Under the pieces are notes generated by a model. The model was not told where the DNA came from, made no database searches, and saw only the letters and a program-made list of their open reading frames with translations. Shown piece after piece: positions 32,901-45,665 of a DNA stretch of 64,000 bases; the first letter of the stretch is position 1, and each line of letters begins with the position of its first letter. Source of the stretch: Octopus sinensis (lineage: Eukaryota); contig NC_043018.1 in assembly GCF_006345805.1 (NCBI RefSeq), positions 23,126,001 through 23,190,000 on the forward strand, written 5' to 3'. A program made the position numbers and the translations under genes.

Positions 32901-34512
32901 ATGGTGGCATGGGTTGGACTACTCTTCCATCGAAAATTATAACAATAAAGTTTACCTCAGGTCTCGTTCACAAAAAAGTTTAAATAAATTACTTGTAAAA
33001 AGTCTAAATGAAATACTTGTAAAACATGAAATGGTACCTCTATCATGGTAGCAGAATTCTCTCGTAGCATCACTGCGACAAGACCCTGAGACATCTGCCG
33101 CCCTTGAAGTTTCAAAGCTTTCTGCCAACCTTCCTTCTGAGCTTGTTCTTTCAACCATGCTTCTGCCTGAAGAGAAAAAAAGGCCAATATTATTCCAGTT
33201 ATCACTACATGGTTTAGTAGTGAACATGAGAAAGTGGGAGAGAGATTCATCTTCAAGAAAAACACTTTATCCCACAATATATAACATCCAAATATAATCT
33301 GTAAGCTAGATAAAGGTGACTGAAAACAATACCTCCGCTTTCGCTAAGGTGGAGGCAATAATAATTTATTACAAAAAGCATAAGGCTGGGCATTCAGGGT
33401 GAAGGGAAGTCAATTATATCAACTCCAGTACTTGACTGGGTCAGTTAGCAATTTCTTGGAACACAAACTTATACAGAGCTGATATCCATAACTCTAGTTT
33501 CGAAAACATATAACACATAATTGGCCAAAGTCATCTCATACGAGATGCTACGCAGTAATAAGAAACGTTGCCAGACACATTGCTTGATATTTCCTGATAT
33601 TGCGAAGTACATTTTTTAATATTTTTACCCTTTAGTGTTCGCATTATTCTACCAAAATTAATCCTTTTTTATCCACATTGTTTTGAACTAATCATGCATT
33701 ATCTTGTAGCTATGAGATTTTGATGAGGTAGCTGTTAATTTTTTAAAAGATATTGTAGGGTTGGTTTGAGAGACCAGATCTGGCCAGTTTGAACATAAAA
33801 CAGGCAGAATACTTTTGGCCGGATATGGCCGGTTTAAATGCTAACGGGTTAACTTGTTTCCCTCCATGCTGGAGCACCTCCTTGAAGGGTCTTTTTAATT
33901 AAACAAATCGACTCTGGGACTTATTTCTTTTGTTTAACCTAGTATTTGTTCTCCAACATTTTAATTGTATATCTAGAAATACATTATTCACTGTTATTTT
34001 CTTATTCAAACCTTTAATGTTCAGATTCCTCTATCAAATGTGATCTTTATTTACTCACATTGTTTTCAATTAATCATGCATTATCTCATAGCTTTGAGAC
34101 TTCAATGATGTAATAGGATATTTTGAAACTAACATTCTAGGGTAGGTGTGAGAGACTGGATCCAACCAGTTTGCACATAATACAGGAAGAATATTTTGGA
34201 CAGATATGGCTGGTTTAAATGTCAAAGAATTAAGGTGGAACTTAGCCCCAAACTCCATGGTTGCAAAGTGAGTTTTTTAACCACCGGACTATCAAACAGA
34301 TTTAAATGGTAGCTTACCTGCTCAATATCACTTCCAAATTTCTCCAAAGCTTTCTTGCAATTCACAAATGTAAACCCAGTTTTCTTCCGCAGGGCACTAA
34401 GAAGCTTCTTATCAACACTTGCTGCCCGCAGGCAAGAAGAATGGAATAACTGGCCTTGGTACAGCAGCTGCATAGCTTTAGCCATTAATGAAGTCCTTGT
34501 TGTTATAAGCAT
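26590..34512 (-). CDS. TSFM: Mitochondrial elongation factor Ts, spliced CDS: complement(join(26590..26957,27718..27895,29046..29153,33038..33166,34318..34512)), 325 aa
   Basis: GT-AG introns with consistent phases give 978 nt open to TAA. Motifs [90 protein letters not shown]. The start ATG is uncertain (34512, 34485 or 34473). Confidence 0.95.
27005..27580 (+). mobile_element. CR1/Jockey-group LINE 3' fragment with (TTA)n tail in a TSFM intron
   Basis: [10 protein letters not shown]-like region, then [12 protein letters not shown]...[10 protein letters not shown]...[14 protein letters not shown]. Second copy at 38760-39080. Confidence 0.85.
27718..27895 (-). CDS. TSFM: EF-Ts coding exon 4 ([59 protein letters not shown])
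   Basis: IGENM.LRRAA and GSYVH motifs, with tacag| and G|gtcagt boundaries. Confidence 0.94.
27900..28940. repeat. Higher-order ~95-110-bp repeat built from GAAT/GAAG tetramers (about 9 units)
   Basis: The marker attaaatgaacaaatgagtgaatgaataattgaatgaagg recurs about every 100 bp. Confidence 0.85.
29046..29153 (-). CDS. TSFM: EF-Ts coding exon 3 ([36 protein letters not shown])
   Basis: The EF-Ts signature NCETDFV, with ttttcag| and |gtaagt boundaries. Missed by the ORF track. Confidence 0.96.
29206..29610 (+). mobile_element. SINE family A
   Basis: Near full-length copy in a TSFM intron. Confidence 0.87.
29660..31615. repeat. 34-bp minisatellite, ~57 near-identical copies (aaaaactacagcaatatggcatagctcatctatg)
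   Basis: Perfect head-to-tail periodicity of 34 with no spacers. Variants are mostly single-base indels. Confidence 0.97.
31870..32160 (+). mobile_element. SINE family D
   Basis: ggcacatggcctagtggttagagcagcagactcatggtcgagggatcgcaggttcgaatc head, followed by the family D body. Confidence 0.78.
33038..33166 (-). CDS. TSFM: EF-Ts coding exon 2 ([43 protein letters not shown])
   Basis: Conserved motif, with ctcttcag| and |gtacca boundaries, 129 nt phase 0/0. Confidence 0.95.
33624..33852. mobile_element. piggyBac-type MITE
   Basis: ttta|ccctttagtgttc ... atgctaacggg|ttaa, nearly identical to 59353-59572. Confidence 0.75.
34318..34512 (-). CDS. TSFM: EF-Ts coding exon 1 (mitochondrial presequence plus N-terminal UBA-like domain)
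   Basis: [65 protein letters not shown] with CAG|gtaagc donor. An acceptor ttgccag| at 34541 implies an upstream exon. Confidence 0.9.
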
Positions 34513-37500
34513 TTCCCCTTTAGGTGAGTCAACAAAGTACCTGGCAAGGAAACAAAACTTTACTCCTTCAATATCACAAACAGTGCAGGGATGCGGTGAG
34601 AAGTGAATGAGAGAGGACGAGAAAGTAATAACAAGATCTGACCTCTTGACCTCCAATCAAGGCCTATAAAAGGGGTTCCAGTCAGAACATTGGTCTGGAG
34701 ACACAGTGACCCAGGAAGAGGCCATAGTATATCTAGGGTTATACTATTCAATGTCTATTTCCTTGTTTAAGACGGTGTGATTTGAAGAAAATTTGGCTAT
34801 CATTTCTAGCAAATCTAGAGACAATATAGAGGCACTCTCAATGGTTCATGTTCAAGGATATTGATGTAAGTGTAGTGAAATCCTTCCCACATGTAAAACT
34901 ATCTGCAGAGCCCCACTCAAAAACCTCACAGTCCTTTCAATTTTGAGAGAACTCCACCTTCAGATGCCTGAAAGCATTTCTGTTCCACCTTGCCAATTTC
35001 CTCTGGGAGATTCTGTCCCTAATCTCTAGATAATTATGACTGATTGATGACAGAAGGTTAACATGACTAAGAACAAAATAAAGACATTAGATAAGATTTT
35101 AGAAATTCAGTATTTGTAAGTGAAGGGAAACCAACAAAAATTCCAGTCCTTGTTGTGATGTGATGGCTTGCATGCCTCAATGACTCTGAGAGCTATGTCA
35201 GTAGAACACAAGCTCCTGGTAGAGCCTCCCATGGGTCTGCATTGGTTCAACACCCCTACCTTAAAAAAAATAAGAATCATTGGTGACAATTCAAAACCAA
35301 AAAGACCTAGGAAGAGGGCCTTCCTTTAGGGAAGGTGTGATGCTAAGAAAGAGCTGCTGAAAAAAAGGATCCAGCTGGGGAGAAGCAGAATAGATGGTCC
35401 AAATTTGAGAACACCGGAGAAAAATTGCCGATGGCCTCTGCTTCACAAGTGATGAACAGCTTAAGTAACTGAGTGACAGAATAAGGAAGACTCATAATGA
35501 AGTAGTGAGACCTGATATCTGAAAGTTGGTGAAAGGCAGATTTTGATCAGAGTGGACATAAGCTTTTATTATATATTTTAATGGTTTAATCAAGAGGAAG
35601 GAGCTGTTCCTATGATTTTGACATGCCTTTTGAGATTGGCAACATTGTTGTGGTTGAGTTCTTGAAGAACTGCACAAAAAACAGTGGGTGATAAGGGACC
35701 AGGTTCATGCAAGGTTGGTAACAGACTCAGGTCAGATGTAAAATGCCTCGTTTCAATTCGTAATAAGCCCAAGCCAGATGTAAAAATACAGGCCTATCCT
35801 TTAATTTGGAAGTTTCCAAAAAAGATTTCTAATATTGATTCTCTACATTTTGCTGATTAGTTTACAGGCGTAAATTTGCGAATATGAAAATAATACTTGT
35901 ATATGATGTAATTGATAGTGAATATTTGTAGCACAGTAGGAAAGTTGTGAAAGACAAAAAAAATAAATATTCTATGAGTGTATGTGTGTCAATCTGACAG
36001 GAAGAGTCGTGACTGTTGGAGGCGCTCGAGGGTCAGATACTGGTGTTATACCGGCAACTTGAAGAAACCTGAAGATTTCCTAGTGCTGGAAAAAAATAGC
36101 AAAAAGAAAGTCGCGTCATTCATGTATTTCTTATTAGGGGTGTTGTTATTGTTATTAAACCCACAGTCGGTCCTTATCCAGCAAGCCCTGGTGGTCAAAG
36201 ACAGTCCAGCAATGGTCGTTCTGTCGTTTTAGGTTTACCTAGGGCTACATAATACGACGTACTCTTTCCTTTTTTAAGACAGTGAGATGTGATTCGAGGA
36301 AGGTTTGGCTGCTAGTTCTACAAAGTCGAGAGACCACATAAAGGCTTCCTAGTTGGTGATGCTGTTATTTAGCACCGGGTCAACCCAGAGAGAAAGGGTC
36401 TATGATCGACGTCGTTCCACCCATCACCATCTCGTCCTATTTTCTTTCATGCATAGCATGAATGCATTTTTCTTTAAGACAGTGTGATTAACAAAATTTT
36501 AACTGCTATTACAACCAAGTCTAGAGATAATAAGGTGGCACACCTCGCACGTTCGTGCTCAAGGACATTAGCGATGTAAGTATAAAGAACATTGCACGTG
36601 TAAATTGATAAAGCAATGAGTATTTTTTTTTTTTTTAGATTGTTCTACAAGAGATAGACGAACAGCGACATCGTGTGACATGTATGACCCCACCCCCGAA
36701 ATGCAAACCATTCTTCACAAGTTATTTAAATACGTGAAGACAACATTGCCAGAACTAACCTGTTAGATGAAACGACGACGTCCGACGATGATCCGGTGTG
36801 GCCCAGTCAGGATATTAAATACAGTTATCTCCCTTAATTTTACACACACACACACACACACTCACTCTCTCTATCTATCTATCTCCTTTTCACTATCTCT
36901 CTCTCTCTCTCTCTCTTTCAGTTTCTCTTTCTCTCTTTCTTTCATTCATTATCTTTTTATCTTTTGCTTGCTTCAGTCATTGGACTGCGGCCACGCTGGG
37001 ATACCGCTTTGAAGGGTTTTAATCGAACGAATCGACTCCAGTTTTATTTTTAAGCCTGCTACTTATTCTATCAGTTTTGTAGGGGTCTTTGTATTTTTTT
37101 TTCTGCCAACCACTGACTTACGACGAAGTAAACAAACCAACACCGGTTTTCAAGCGATGAAGGGGCACACACACACACACACACCACATACGCATATTAA
37201 ATTCAGATATAATCGTAATCTTTACACTCTGAAAGGTATTTGAAGATTTCATTAAAAGTACCCATTCTCCTGAAAGTTTAGAGTAAAGAAAGTTGACGTG
37301 TGTAAATTTTCCGAAACTCCCCTTCTCAAAAACGTTTCACCACAGTTTCCGATATAATCAAAATCTACACCATCAGAAGTGTATTTGTAGTAAATTTCAT
37401 TTAAAAATATGCATTTTTCTAAAAGTTATAATGAAATATTATGGGGTGGGTTACACTTGTGTAGGTATACCAAAAATGTTATTATCAATATTGTCTTGCA

Positions 37501-38286
37501 TGGCTTCTTTTTTTTTTTTTTAATTGTGCTGAAATCGACGTAAGGTTGTGGTGCACCTGAGCACTGTATACAATAATTTCATTATATATCAAAATGGACT
37601 GAAATCGAGTTTTTTTTTTTTTTTTTTTAATTACTTTTAAAAAAAGAACGACGTAAAGTCGATAAAGATGTAACACGAAATGGTGTAAGTTGAGGTATTA
37701 CTGTATATGTATAGAATAGCGTCGGTGAAGTCAAACCGCATTGTGCTCCAGTGTCTGTTCTGTTATGGTTTCTACGTCTGGATGCCCTTCCTAATACCAA
37801 CCACTTTACAGAGCGTACTAGGTACATTTTATAGTGGCACCACCACCAGTGAAGTTGTTATACAGCTCGCAAGACTCAGATCCCCATCTACTGAGTAGAG
37901 CTACAATAGGGATGGTGGTGACAAGGTGAAAGGGTGGATCCAGGGGGCAAAAGAACAAAAAGTGTGGATAAATATAGCAAGAGTGTATGCAGAAAGTGGG
38001 GGATACCTAGAAATTGGGCAGGGTGTGAATATACTGAATAATGAACGTGAGTCGAAAGTGGTGGGGATGTCGGTGGTAAATATGGTTTGTATGGAAGGTG
38101 TAAGAGAACAGATGGTGACTGAAGATTGGAAGGGGTAGAGGGGAGAATTTAGTGAATGGTGGACGGGTAATCAATGATACATATGAAAGTTAGGGAGTCG
38201 GTACTGATCGGCAACCCACCCGGCTAACATTCAGTTCACCGTGGTAAACTCCTTATTTCTAAATTTACTTTTATTTGGTTTCAGGA

Positions 38287-38475
38287 CAATGCTCCGGAAC
38301 CGGTATGCCGTGGCACACTCGTGTGTCACGAGGCGATGCTAGGTGTGCCGCAATGTAACCTGAATTTAATTTTTTCCCCCTTATACTTTAAATTATATTT
38401 TTAGTTCAGGTGCACCGCTGAATTTTGAAAAGAATGTAAGTGTACCGCGTGCGAAAAAAAGGTTGCGGAGCACTG
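38287..38475. mobile_element. hAT-like MITE
   Basis: TIRs caatgctccggaacc / ggttgcggagcactg. Flanks gtttcagga / gtttagga resemble a degenerate 8-bp TSD. Confidence 0.6.
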
Positions 38476-38544
38476 GTTTAGGACAATTTACTTTCACTTT
38501 TTTCGACCTAAAATTGCATGTTAACCAAAGAGAGATAACTGGTC

Positions 38545-38735
38545 GCGTACATCTGCATGCATGCATGCATGCATGCATGCATGTATGTATGTATGTATGT
38601 ATGTATGTATGTATGTATGTATGTATGTATGTATGTATGTATGTATGTATGTATGTATGTATGTATGTATGCATGCATGCATGCATGCATGTATGTATGT
38701 ATGTATGTATGTATGTATTCATGAATGTATGCATG
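38545..38735. repeat. (TGCA)n-(TATG)n-(TGCA)n-(TATG)n compound microsatellite
   Basis: Read directly from the sequence. It produces the MYVC/HTYI ORFs. Confidence 0.9.
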
Positions 38736-38759
38736 CGCGCAGGTACACACACGAACTTG

Positions 38760-39080
38760 ACTTGTCTGGCGATGGACTTGGTAAACACCCACAAAGTTAT
38801 CAACCACCTCACCAACAACAACACTGAACTCCTTTTTGATCTCCATGTGTCTAACACGCGTGGACATGCCTACAAAGTCAGAAAACAACACAGCTCCCAT
38901 GACTTTCGGAAACATTTTTTCACGGTCAGAGTTGCTGAAGCATGACTGCCATGACACTGCATCCTTTAAGGCCCTCATGCTTTCCGAAATCCGCCGAACC
39001 TACACCTGATTATACATACACTTTAGATGAGTTGTAGTGCACCTGAGCACTGTACACAATGTTTTTATTATTATTATTAT
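38760..39080 (+). mobile_element. CR1-group LINE 3' fragment (second copy)
   Basis: Nearly identical to 27240-27580, with a short internal deletion. Confidence 0.85.
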
Positions 39081-39869
39081 TGTAAAATATCCTAATCGTC
39101 TTCGCCTTCATGATTTTTCGTTTTTTTTTAGTATTATTTTTGTGTAATATTTTCTTCATGTTAAAGTTGAAACCTTGTATCAAGTGTACTATTTATAATG
39201 GGCGATATAGTTCGTCACAACTACATGAATGTAGCGAGTGTAAATAAAACTTTTGTAAAATTATATTGACTTCCAGAGAATTCACATAAAACCATTACTA
39301 ACTTGTCATTTTGTTTATTATATTTAAAAACAATTTTTAAAATGTTATCCCGTAATTTTGTTTATCATAAACTAGAATTTATAACATTCTATACATACTT
39401 CCTTATTGTGGAGGTGAGGCCGATAATATAAAAAGTACTTGTGGCGTATTTGAGTCGGTTTATTTCGATAGTGAGAGTACACCCTAGGTGTGAGTGAATT
39501 TTAATAAAAACCCATAACAAACATTTAGATATTCCGTAGCTTAATAAGCGCGTTAGGGTAGCTTGTACGGACGGGTTGTAGGGAAGAAATCAGAAAGAAG
39601 AGGAGGTGGGAAAGAGAGGGAGGGGTGATGAGGGGATAAAATGCGTAGGAGGAGGAGGAGGAGAATGAAGTGAAGTGAAGAAAAAGACAAAAAGAAAAGT
39701 AGAAGTTGAAGAAAATAAAGGAAAAGTTAAGAGCTTATTTTTCATTCCATTGGAAAGTGAAGAAACGAAACATTTCCCTCGGTCCAGATGAACGGAGGAA
39801 GAAGAAGAAAAAATCAATTTACTTTCAGAATACTCCAAACAGTGAAGAGATGGAATATAGATGAGTATC

Positions 39870-40352
39870 TGTTTCTTTATTGCTCACAAGGGGCTAAACT
39901 CAGAGGGGACAAACAAGGACAGACAAATGGATTAAGTCGATTACATCTACTCCAGTGTGTAACTGGTACTTAATTTGTCGACACCGAAAGGATGAAAGGT
40001 AAAGTCAATCCCAGTGCGTAACTGGTACTTATTTAATCGACCCCGAAAGGATGAAAGGCAAAGTCGACCTCGGCGGAATTTGAACTCAGTACGTAGCGGC
40101 AGACGAAATACCTATTTCTTTACTACCCACAAGGGGCTAAACACAGAGAGAGAGGACAAACAAGGACAGACAAACGGATTAAGTCGATTATATCGACCCC
40201 AGTGCGTAACTGGTACTTATTTAATCGACCCCGAAAGGATGAAAGGCAAAGTCGACCTCGGCGGAATTTGAACTCTGAACGTAACGGCAGACGAAATACC
40301 GCTAGGCATTTCGCCCGGTGTGCTAACGATTCTGCCAGCTCGCCGCCTTAAT
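39870..40352 (-). mobile_element. Composite (trimer-like) SINE family C within a single 15-bp TSD
   Basis: One head, three central domains and two tails. TSD atatagatgagtatc at 39855-39869 and 40353-40367. Confidence 0.8.
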
Positions 40353-40879
40353 ATATAGATGAGTATCAGCGTTAATTGGAAAGTTCGAGTAATGATTTCT
40401 CCCTTACACATCGTTCAAACAAACAAACAAACAAAAAAATGGAGAAACAAATAAATAAATAAATAAACAAAACGCAAAGAAGAATACAAAAGAGAAAAAG
40501 TTTCGGATATGTGTCTTGTAAAACGTAGAAACGGGGGGGGGAGGGCTAGGGAATATTTTCTTAGCTCCTTAGTCATTTATGATTTCCTCTTTTTCTGCCA
40601 ACTATTTTTCTTTCTTTATTTCTTTCTATCTCTTCTACTTTGTCACTTCCTCTCTTTCTTTCTTTCTTTCTTTCTTTTTTTTTGTTTTTGTTTCCTTTTT
40701 CATTCTCTCTCTCTTTTTTTCATTCTCTTTTCTTCTGACTGCTTTTCCTTACATTTTTATTTTCATTTATGATTTCTTTTCTTCTCACACCTTTTATTCC
40801 TTCCTACCCTTGGCTTTCCTTCTTTTTACCTGACTTTCATTTTTTTCTGTGGGAGGGGGGGTCTTACATTAAAACTTAT

Positions 40880-41345
40880 ACTCTCTTTCTTTTCTCTTTC
40901 TTATTTCCTTTTCTTTCTTTCTTTCCTTCTTTCCTCTCACCTTTCTTTCTTGTTTTTTTCTTTTTTCATCTTTCCTTTCCTTCCTTCCTTTCTTTCTCTC
41001 TTTCCTCCTTCATTCTTCCTTCTTTTCTTTTTCTTCCTCCTTCCCTTCTTTCTTTCCTTCTTTCCTCTCACCTTTCTTTCTTGTTTTTTTCTTTTTTCAT
41101 CTTTCCTTTCCTTCCTCCTTTCTTTCTCTCTTTCCTCCTTCATTCTTCCTTCTTTTCTTTTTCTTCCTCCTTCCCTTCTTTCTTTCCTTCTTTCCTCTCA
41201 CCTTTCTTTCTCGTTTTTTCTTTTTTCATCTTTCCTTTTCTTCCTTCCTTTCTTTCTCTCTTTCCTCCTTCATTCTTCCTTCTTTTTTCTTTCTTCCTTT
41301 CTTTTTGCTTCTTCCCTTCCCTTCTTTCTTTTTGCCTCTTCCCTT
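40880..41345. repeat. ~130-bp higher-order polypyrimidine repeat (about 3.3 units)
   Basis: The marker ttcctctcacctttctttc occurs at 40931, 41062 and 41192. Confidence 0.8.
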
Positions 41346-43414
41346 TCTTTCTTTCTTTCTTCTTTCTACTTCACTTGCTTTCTTCTGTTGCTCTTCTTAG
41401 CCCCCCCCCCCACCTCCTACCTCCTTTTAACACTTCAGCTGCTGGATGGAACCAAAGTCAAATGACTTGACCTCATTACATTTTGCTCTTTCCCTTTGGG
41501 CTGCTGGTACTCTTACAACATGCAGTATAACCAGTTTCATTATACTTATTGTACACCACACTACATTAAGCCAAGCCTTACCTCACTAAACCATATCCAG
41601 GGCTGGAATTAAACCTAGTCAGGGCCCCGGGCCAATAGGTTTTGCAGCTCCTAAACCAGTAGGTTTTGGGGACACCTTCAATTTTGCTAGTTCAAAACAT
41701 TTTGCAGTCTCGCCTGGCCTCTGTGCTGGTGGCACATGAAAATCACCATCCAATCGTGGCCGTTTGCCAGCCTCGTCTGGCACCTGTGCCGGTGGCACGT
41801 AAAAAGCACCCACTACACTCATGGAGTGGTTGGCGTTAGGAAGGGCAGTTGGTGTTAGGAAGGGCTGCCAGCCGTAGAAACATTGCCAGATCAGACTGGG
41901 CCTGGTGCAGCCTTCTGGCTTCCCAGACCCCAGTTGAACCGTCCAACCCATGCCAGCATGGAAAGCAGACGCTAAACGATGATGATGATGATATGTAATA
42001 TATAAAAAAGTAAAGATCCCCTTTGGTCATGAATGACCATGGGATTGCACCTAGAAAGTCCCCTGTTGGGGCATAAGTCTGGGCAAGGTTGTTTATGGAA
42101 GACCAGCAGTCGCCCATGCATACCAGCCTCCCCTCTCCATGCCACTGATGTTATCTGAGAGAAAGGCCAAAGCCAATACAGTTTGGCACCAGTGACATTG
42201 CAACTCATTTCTACAGTTAAGTGAACTGGAACAATGTAAAATAAAGTGTCCCAGTCTTGGAATTGAACTCCCAACCACACGATTGTAAGCCCGATTCTCT
42301 AACCACTGAGCCATGTTCCTTCACATATAATATATAATACATTATTCAGGTGTGGCTGTGTGCTAAGAAGCTTGCTTCCCAACCACATGGTTCCAGGTTC
42401 AGTTCTACTATGTGGCACCTTGGACAAGTGTGGTGGCACTAGTAAAGGGGTGACACTTTTCATAATATTGTAGTATGTGACTGTGTAGTAAGTAGCTTGC
42501 TTACCAACCACATAGTTCTGGGTTCATTCCCACTGCATGGCACCTTGGGCAAATGTCTTCTACTATTGCCTCGGGCCAACCAAAGCCTTGGAAGTGGATT
42601 TGGTAGTAGGAAACTGAAAGACGCCCATCGTATATATGTGTGTATATGTTTGTTCCCCCAACATCACTTGACAACCGATGCTGGTGTGTTTACATCCCCA
42701 TAACTTAGCAGTTCGGCAAAAAGAGACCGATAGAATAAGTACTAGGCTTCCAAAAAATAAGTCTTGGGTTCGATTTGCTCGACTAAAGGTGGTGCTCCTG
42801 CATAGCGGTTCGGCAAAAAGAGAATCCGATAGAATAAGTACTAGGCTTTCAAAGAATAAGTCCTGGGATCGATTTGCTCGACTAAAGGTGGTGCTCCTGC
42901 ATGGCCACAGTCAAATGACTGAAACAAGTAAAAGAGTAAGAGTAAAGAGAGTATTGCTATAGGCAATATGTGTTTTTTGTGGGATCCAGGGGCCGCAAAC
43001 AGAAGGGCCGCCCCAGGCAGCTCATATTCTAGCTATGCTAGTGAGGTGTATGACTCATTTTTGCCAGCTGAGTAGACTGGAGCAATGTGAAATAAAGTGT
43101 CTTGCTCAAGGACACAACACGTTGCCAGGAATTGAACTCATGACCTTATGATAGTGAGCCAAATGCTCTAACGACTAAGCCATGCCCTTTCACATTATGG
43201 TGGTATACCACATCACACATAAGTAAAGAACATCACTCCACAGCACAAGCCTGGTGAATCAGAATTCAGCTTGGCTACTCCAAAATGCCAAAAAAAGCCA
43301 TTCACTGATATGGTGGAACCATTAACCACAAGGAATTCTGTCTCACACTTTTAGAACTCTCCCAGTTCACCACCCTCTAATTTGCCTTATATCAAAATCA
43401 AAATCGATCAACAG

Positions 43415-43742
43415 CAATGGAAATTGTAGCTGTGATACCAGTGCCGGTGGTACATAAGAGAATCATCCGAACGTGGCCGTTGCCAGTGCCGCCCCGACTG
43501 GCTTCCGTGCCGGCGGCACGTAAAAAGCACCGTCCGATCATGGCTGTTTGCCAGCCTCGTCTGGCACGTAAAAAGCACCCACTACACTCATGGGGTGGTT
43601 GGCGTTAGGAAGGGCATCCAGCCGTAGAAACATTGCCAGATCAGATTGGGCCTGGCACAGCCTTCTGGCTTCCCAGACCCCAGTTGAACCGTCCAACCCA
43701 TGCCAGCATGGAAAGCGGATGCTAAACGATGATGATGATGAT
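43415..43742 (+). mobile_element. Family B retroposon
   Basis: Internal modules, conserved aggaagggcatccagccgtagaaac domain and (GAT)n tail. Confidence 0.8.
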
Positions 43743-43912
43743 ACAGGATGTTTCAGCTAGATTCAACAATATGTTATGCCTCATTTTTTCAGAAACACCT
43801 TGATGTATTGGTGAGCAGTCAATAACATTGATGAACATTAAGATTTATGTTGTGGATGAGAAAAAGTTAGCTGACATGGAGGATTGGAAGCCATCTTGAA
43901 TATTTGAAAACA

Positions 43913-44314
43913 GGCACAGGAGTGGCTGTGTGGTAAGTAGCTTGTTTACCAACCACATGGTTCCGGGTTCAGTCCCACTGCGTGGCACCTTGGGCAAGTG
44001 TCTTCTACTATAGTCTCGGGCCGACCAAAGCCTTGTGAGTGGATTTGGTGGATGGAAACTGAAAGAAGCCCGTCGCATATATGTATATATATATGCATGT
44101 GTGTGTTTGTGTGTCTGTGTTTGTCCCCCCAACATCGCTTGACAACCGATGCGTGTGTGTTTATGTCCCCGTTACTTAGCGGTTCGGCAAAAGAGACCGA
44201 TAGAATAAGTACTGGGCTTACATAAGAATAAGTCCCGGGGTCGAGTTGCTCGATTAAAGGCAGTGCTCCAGCATGGCCGCAGTCAAATGACTGAAACAAG
44301 CAAAATAGAAAGAG
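43913..44314 (+). mobile_element. SINE family A
   Basis: Full-length copy. Confidence 0.86.
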
Positions 44315-44384
44315 TTACCCATATTGTGATTTATACTGGGTGTCAAATGCCAGTGACAGGACTGCTTCTCTGTGCTCCATGAAC

Positions 44385-44566
44385 ACTCGTGGGACATGAC
44401 ATGGACATCATGCAAACTAAGTTCCCACAAACTGTATTGGTCTTTGGGCGACTCCAGTGAGAGTGACATCATGCTGCCCCACATCATTCAACCGGGCCTT
44501 ATGCTCGATTCAGACAGCCATGTGAAACTGCTGGAGACTGTGGTCAATCCCTGGCTGAAGCAAGTT
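44385..44566 (+). mobile_element. Tc1/mariner (DD37D maT-like) transposase fragment
   Basis: With one frameshift it reads MQTKFPQTVLVFG-..SSESDIMLPHIIQPGLMLDSDSHVKLLETVVNPWLKQV, resembling the TKFP..VMV.G.VSS.G.VMPP...Y..LL..VV.PW segment between the catalytic Asp residues. Subfamily assigned from memory. Confidence 0.65.
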
Positions 44567-45665
44567 GTCATCATCATTGTTTGACCGTGGTCGAGACAAT
44601 GGAATTTACTATGCTACGCCAGACTTCACGGTCCATCATAGCATTACGGAGGTCCTGTTGCTGGATGCCTGTATCCTTGGAGATTACATCTGGTATCGTG
44701 AGTAGATGGCTTCCAGAGGAGAAGAGTAGAAAATGCCTCGTTTTCAGCTCTACAACAATGTCCAGCAAACTGTCTAATGACTGAAGCAATAAAAGACACA
44801 CACACAAACACACACACACACACACACACACACCACACACACACATACACACACACACACACACACAATACATACATGCATCCCAAGCGAGAGAGAGAGT
44901 GGGGGGAGTATGTGCATCAATAGCTGCAACAGTATTTTATGCCTGCTTTCAATGTTGGCATGGGTTGAACAGGTCCTTACTCTCTCTAAGATGAATGAGG
45001 GGCCACAGTTAACTCTACTGTTTCATGTTTGGCTTGGTTTTTCCACCTGAATGCACTTCCTAACACTGACCACTTTACTGAGTGTACTGGGTGCATTTTT
45101 TTATAGCACCACCAAGGTTGTAATGGCATAAAAAAAAAAAAAAAAGTAATCTCAACCCTGCACTTAACAGAGGGTACTGGAAACATTTTATCTCAGACAA
45201 AAGAATCTCCAGAGGCTTGATGTCACTTTGGAGGATGCAGAGGGGCTGGCACAAGGACTGCTAGCGAAGGAGAGCATTGGTGGACCTGGTTGGTTCTCTG
45301 CATGATGACATCTTTGGGACCACCAAGTTGGGATGAAGCCAACCCCATCAAGCAAGAACATGAAGTAAGCAAAACAAACAGAGAGGATAGGAATGAGAGA
45401 GTGAAGATTAGCAAGAGGTGAATAAAAGGTGAATGTGATCGAGTACCAAATGGCCACAGGATGAGTACAGGTAGAGTGTATGTGATACATGCAAGCTTCA
45501 TTTCTTTCTAGCCTTTGCATGTCCTCTACATTCATGGCCCATGTTTCACTACCATGTAGCATTGCTGACCACATACAAGCATACAAAAAATCTACCTTTC
45601 ACTTTGAAAGAGAAATTTTTCATTACCAACAAAGGTAATAGTTCTCTCTCTATGTATATATATAT

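Noticed and set aside
34222-34656. Whole 144-aa ORF as a single TSFM exon
   Set aside because: An acceptor at 34541 and a donor at 34317 bound the exon, so the flanking residues are intronic.
40769-41470. 233-aa F/L/S-rich membrane protein
   Set aside because: It is a translation of a polypyrimidine tract.
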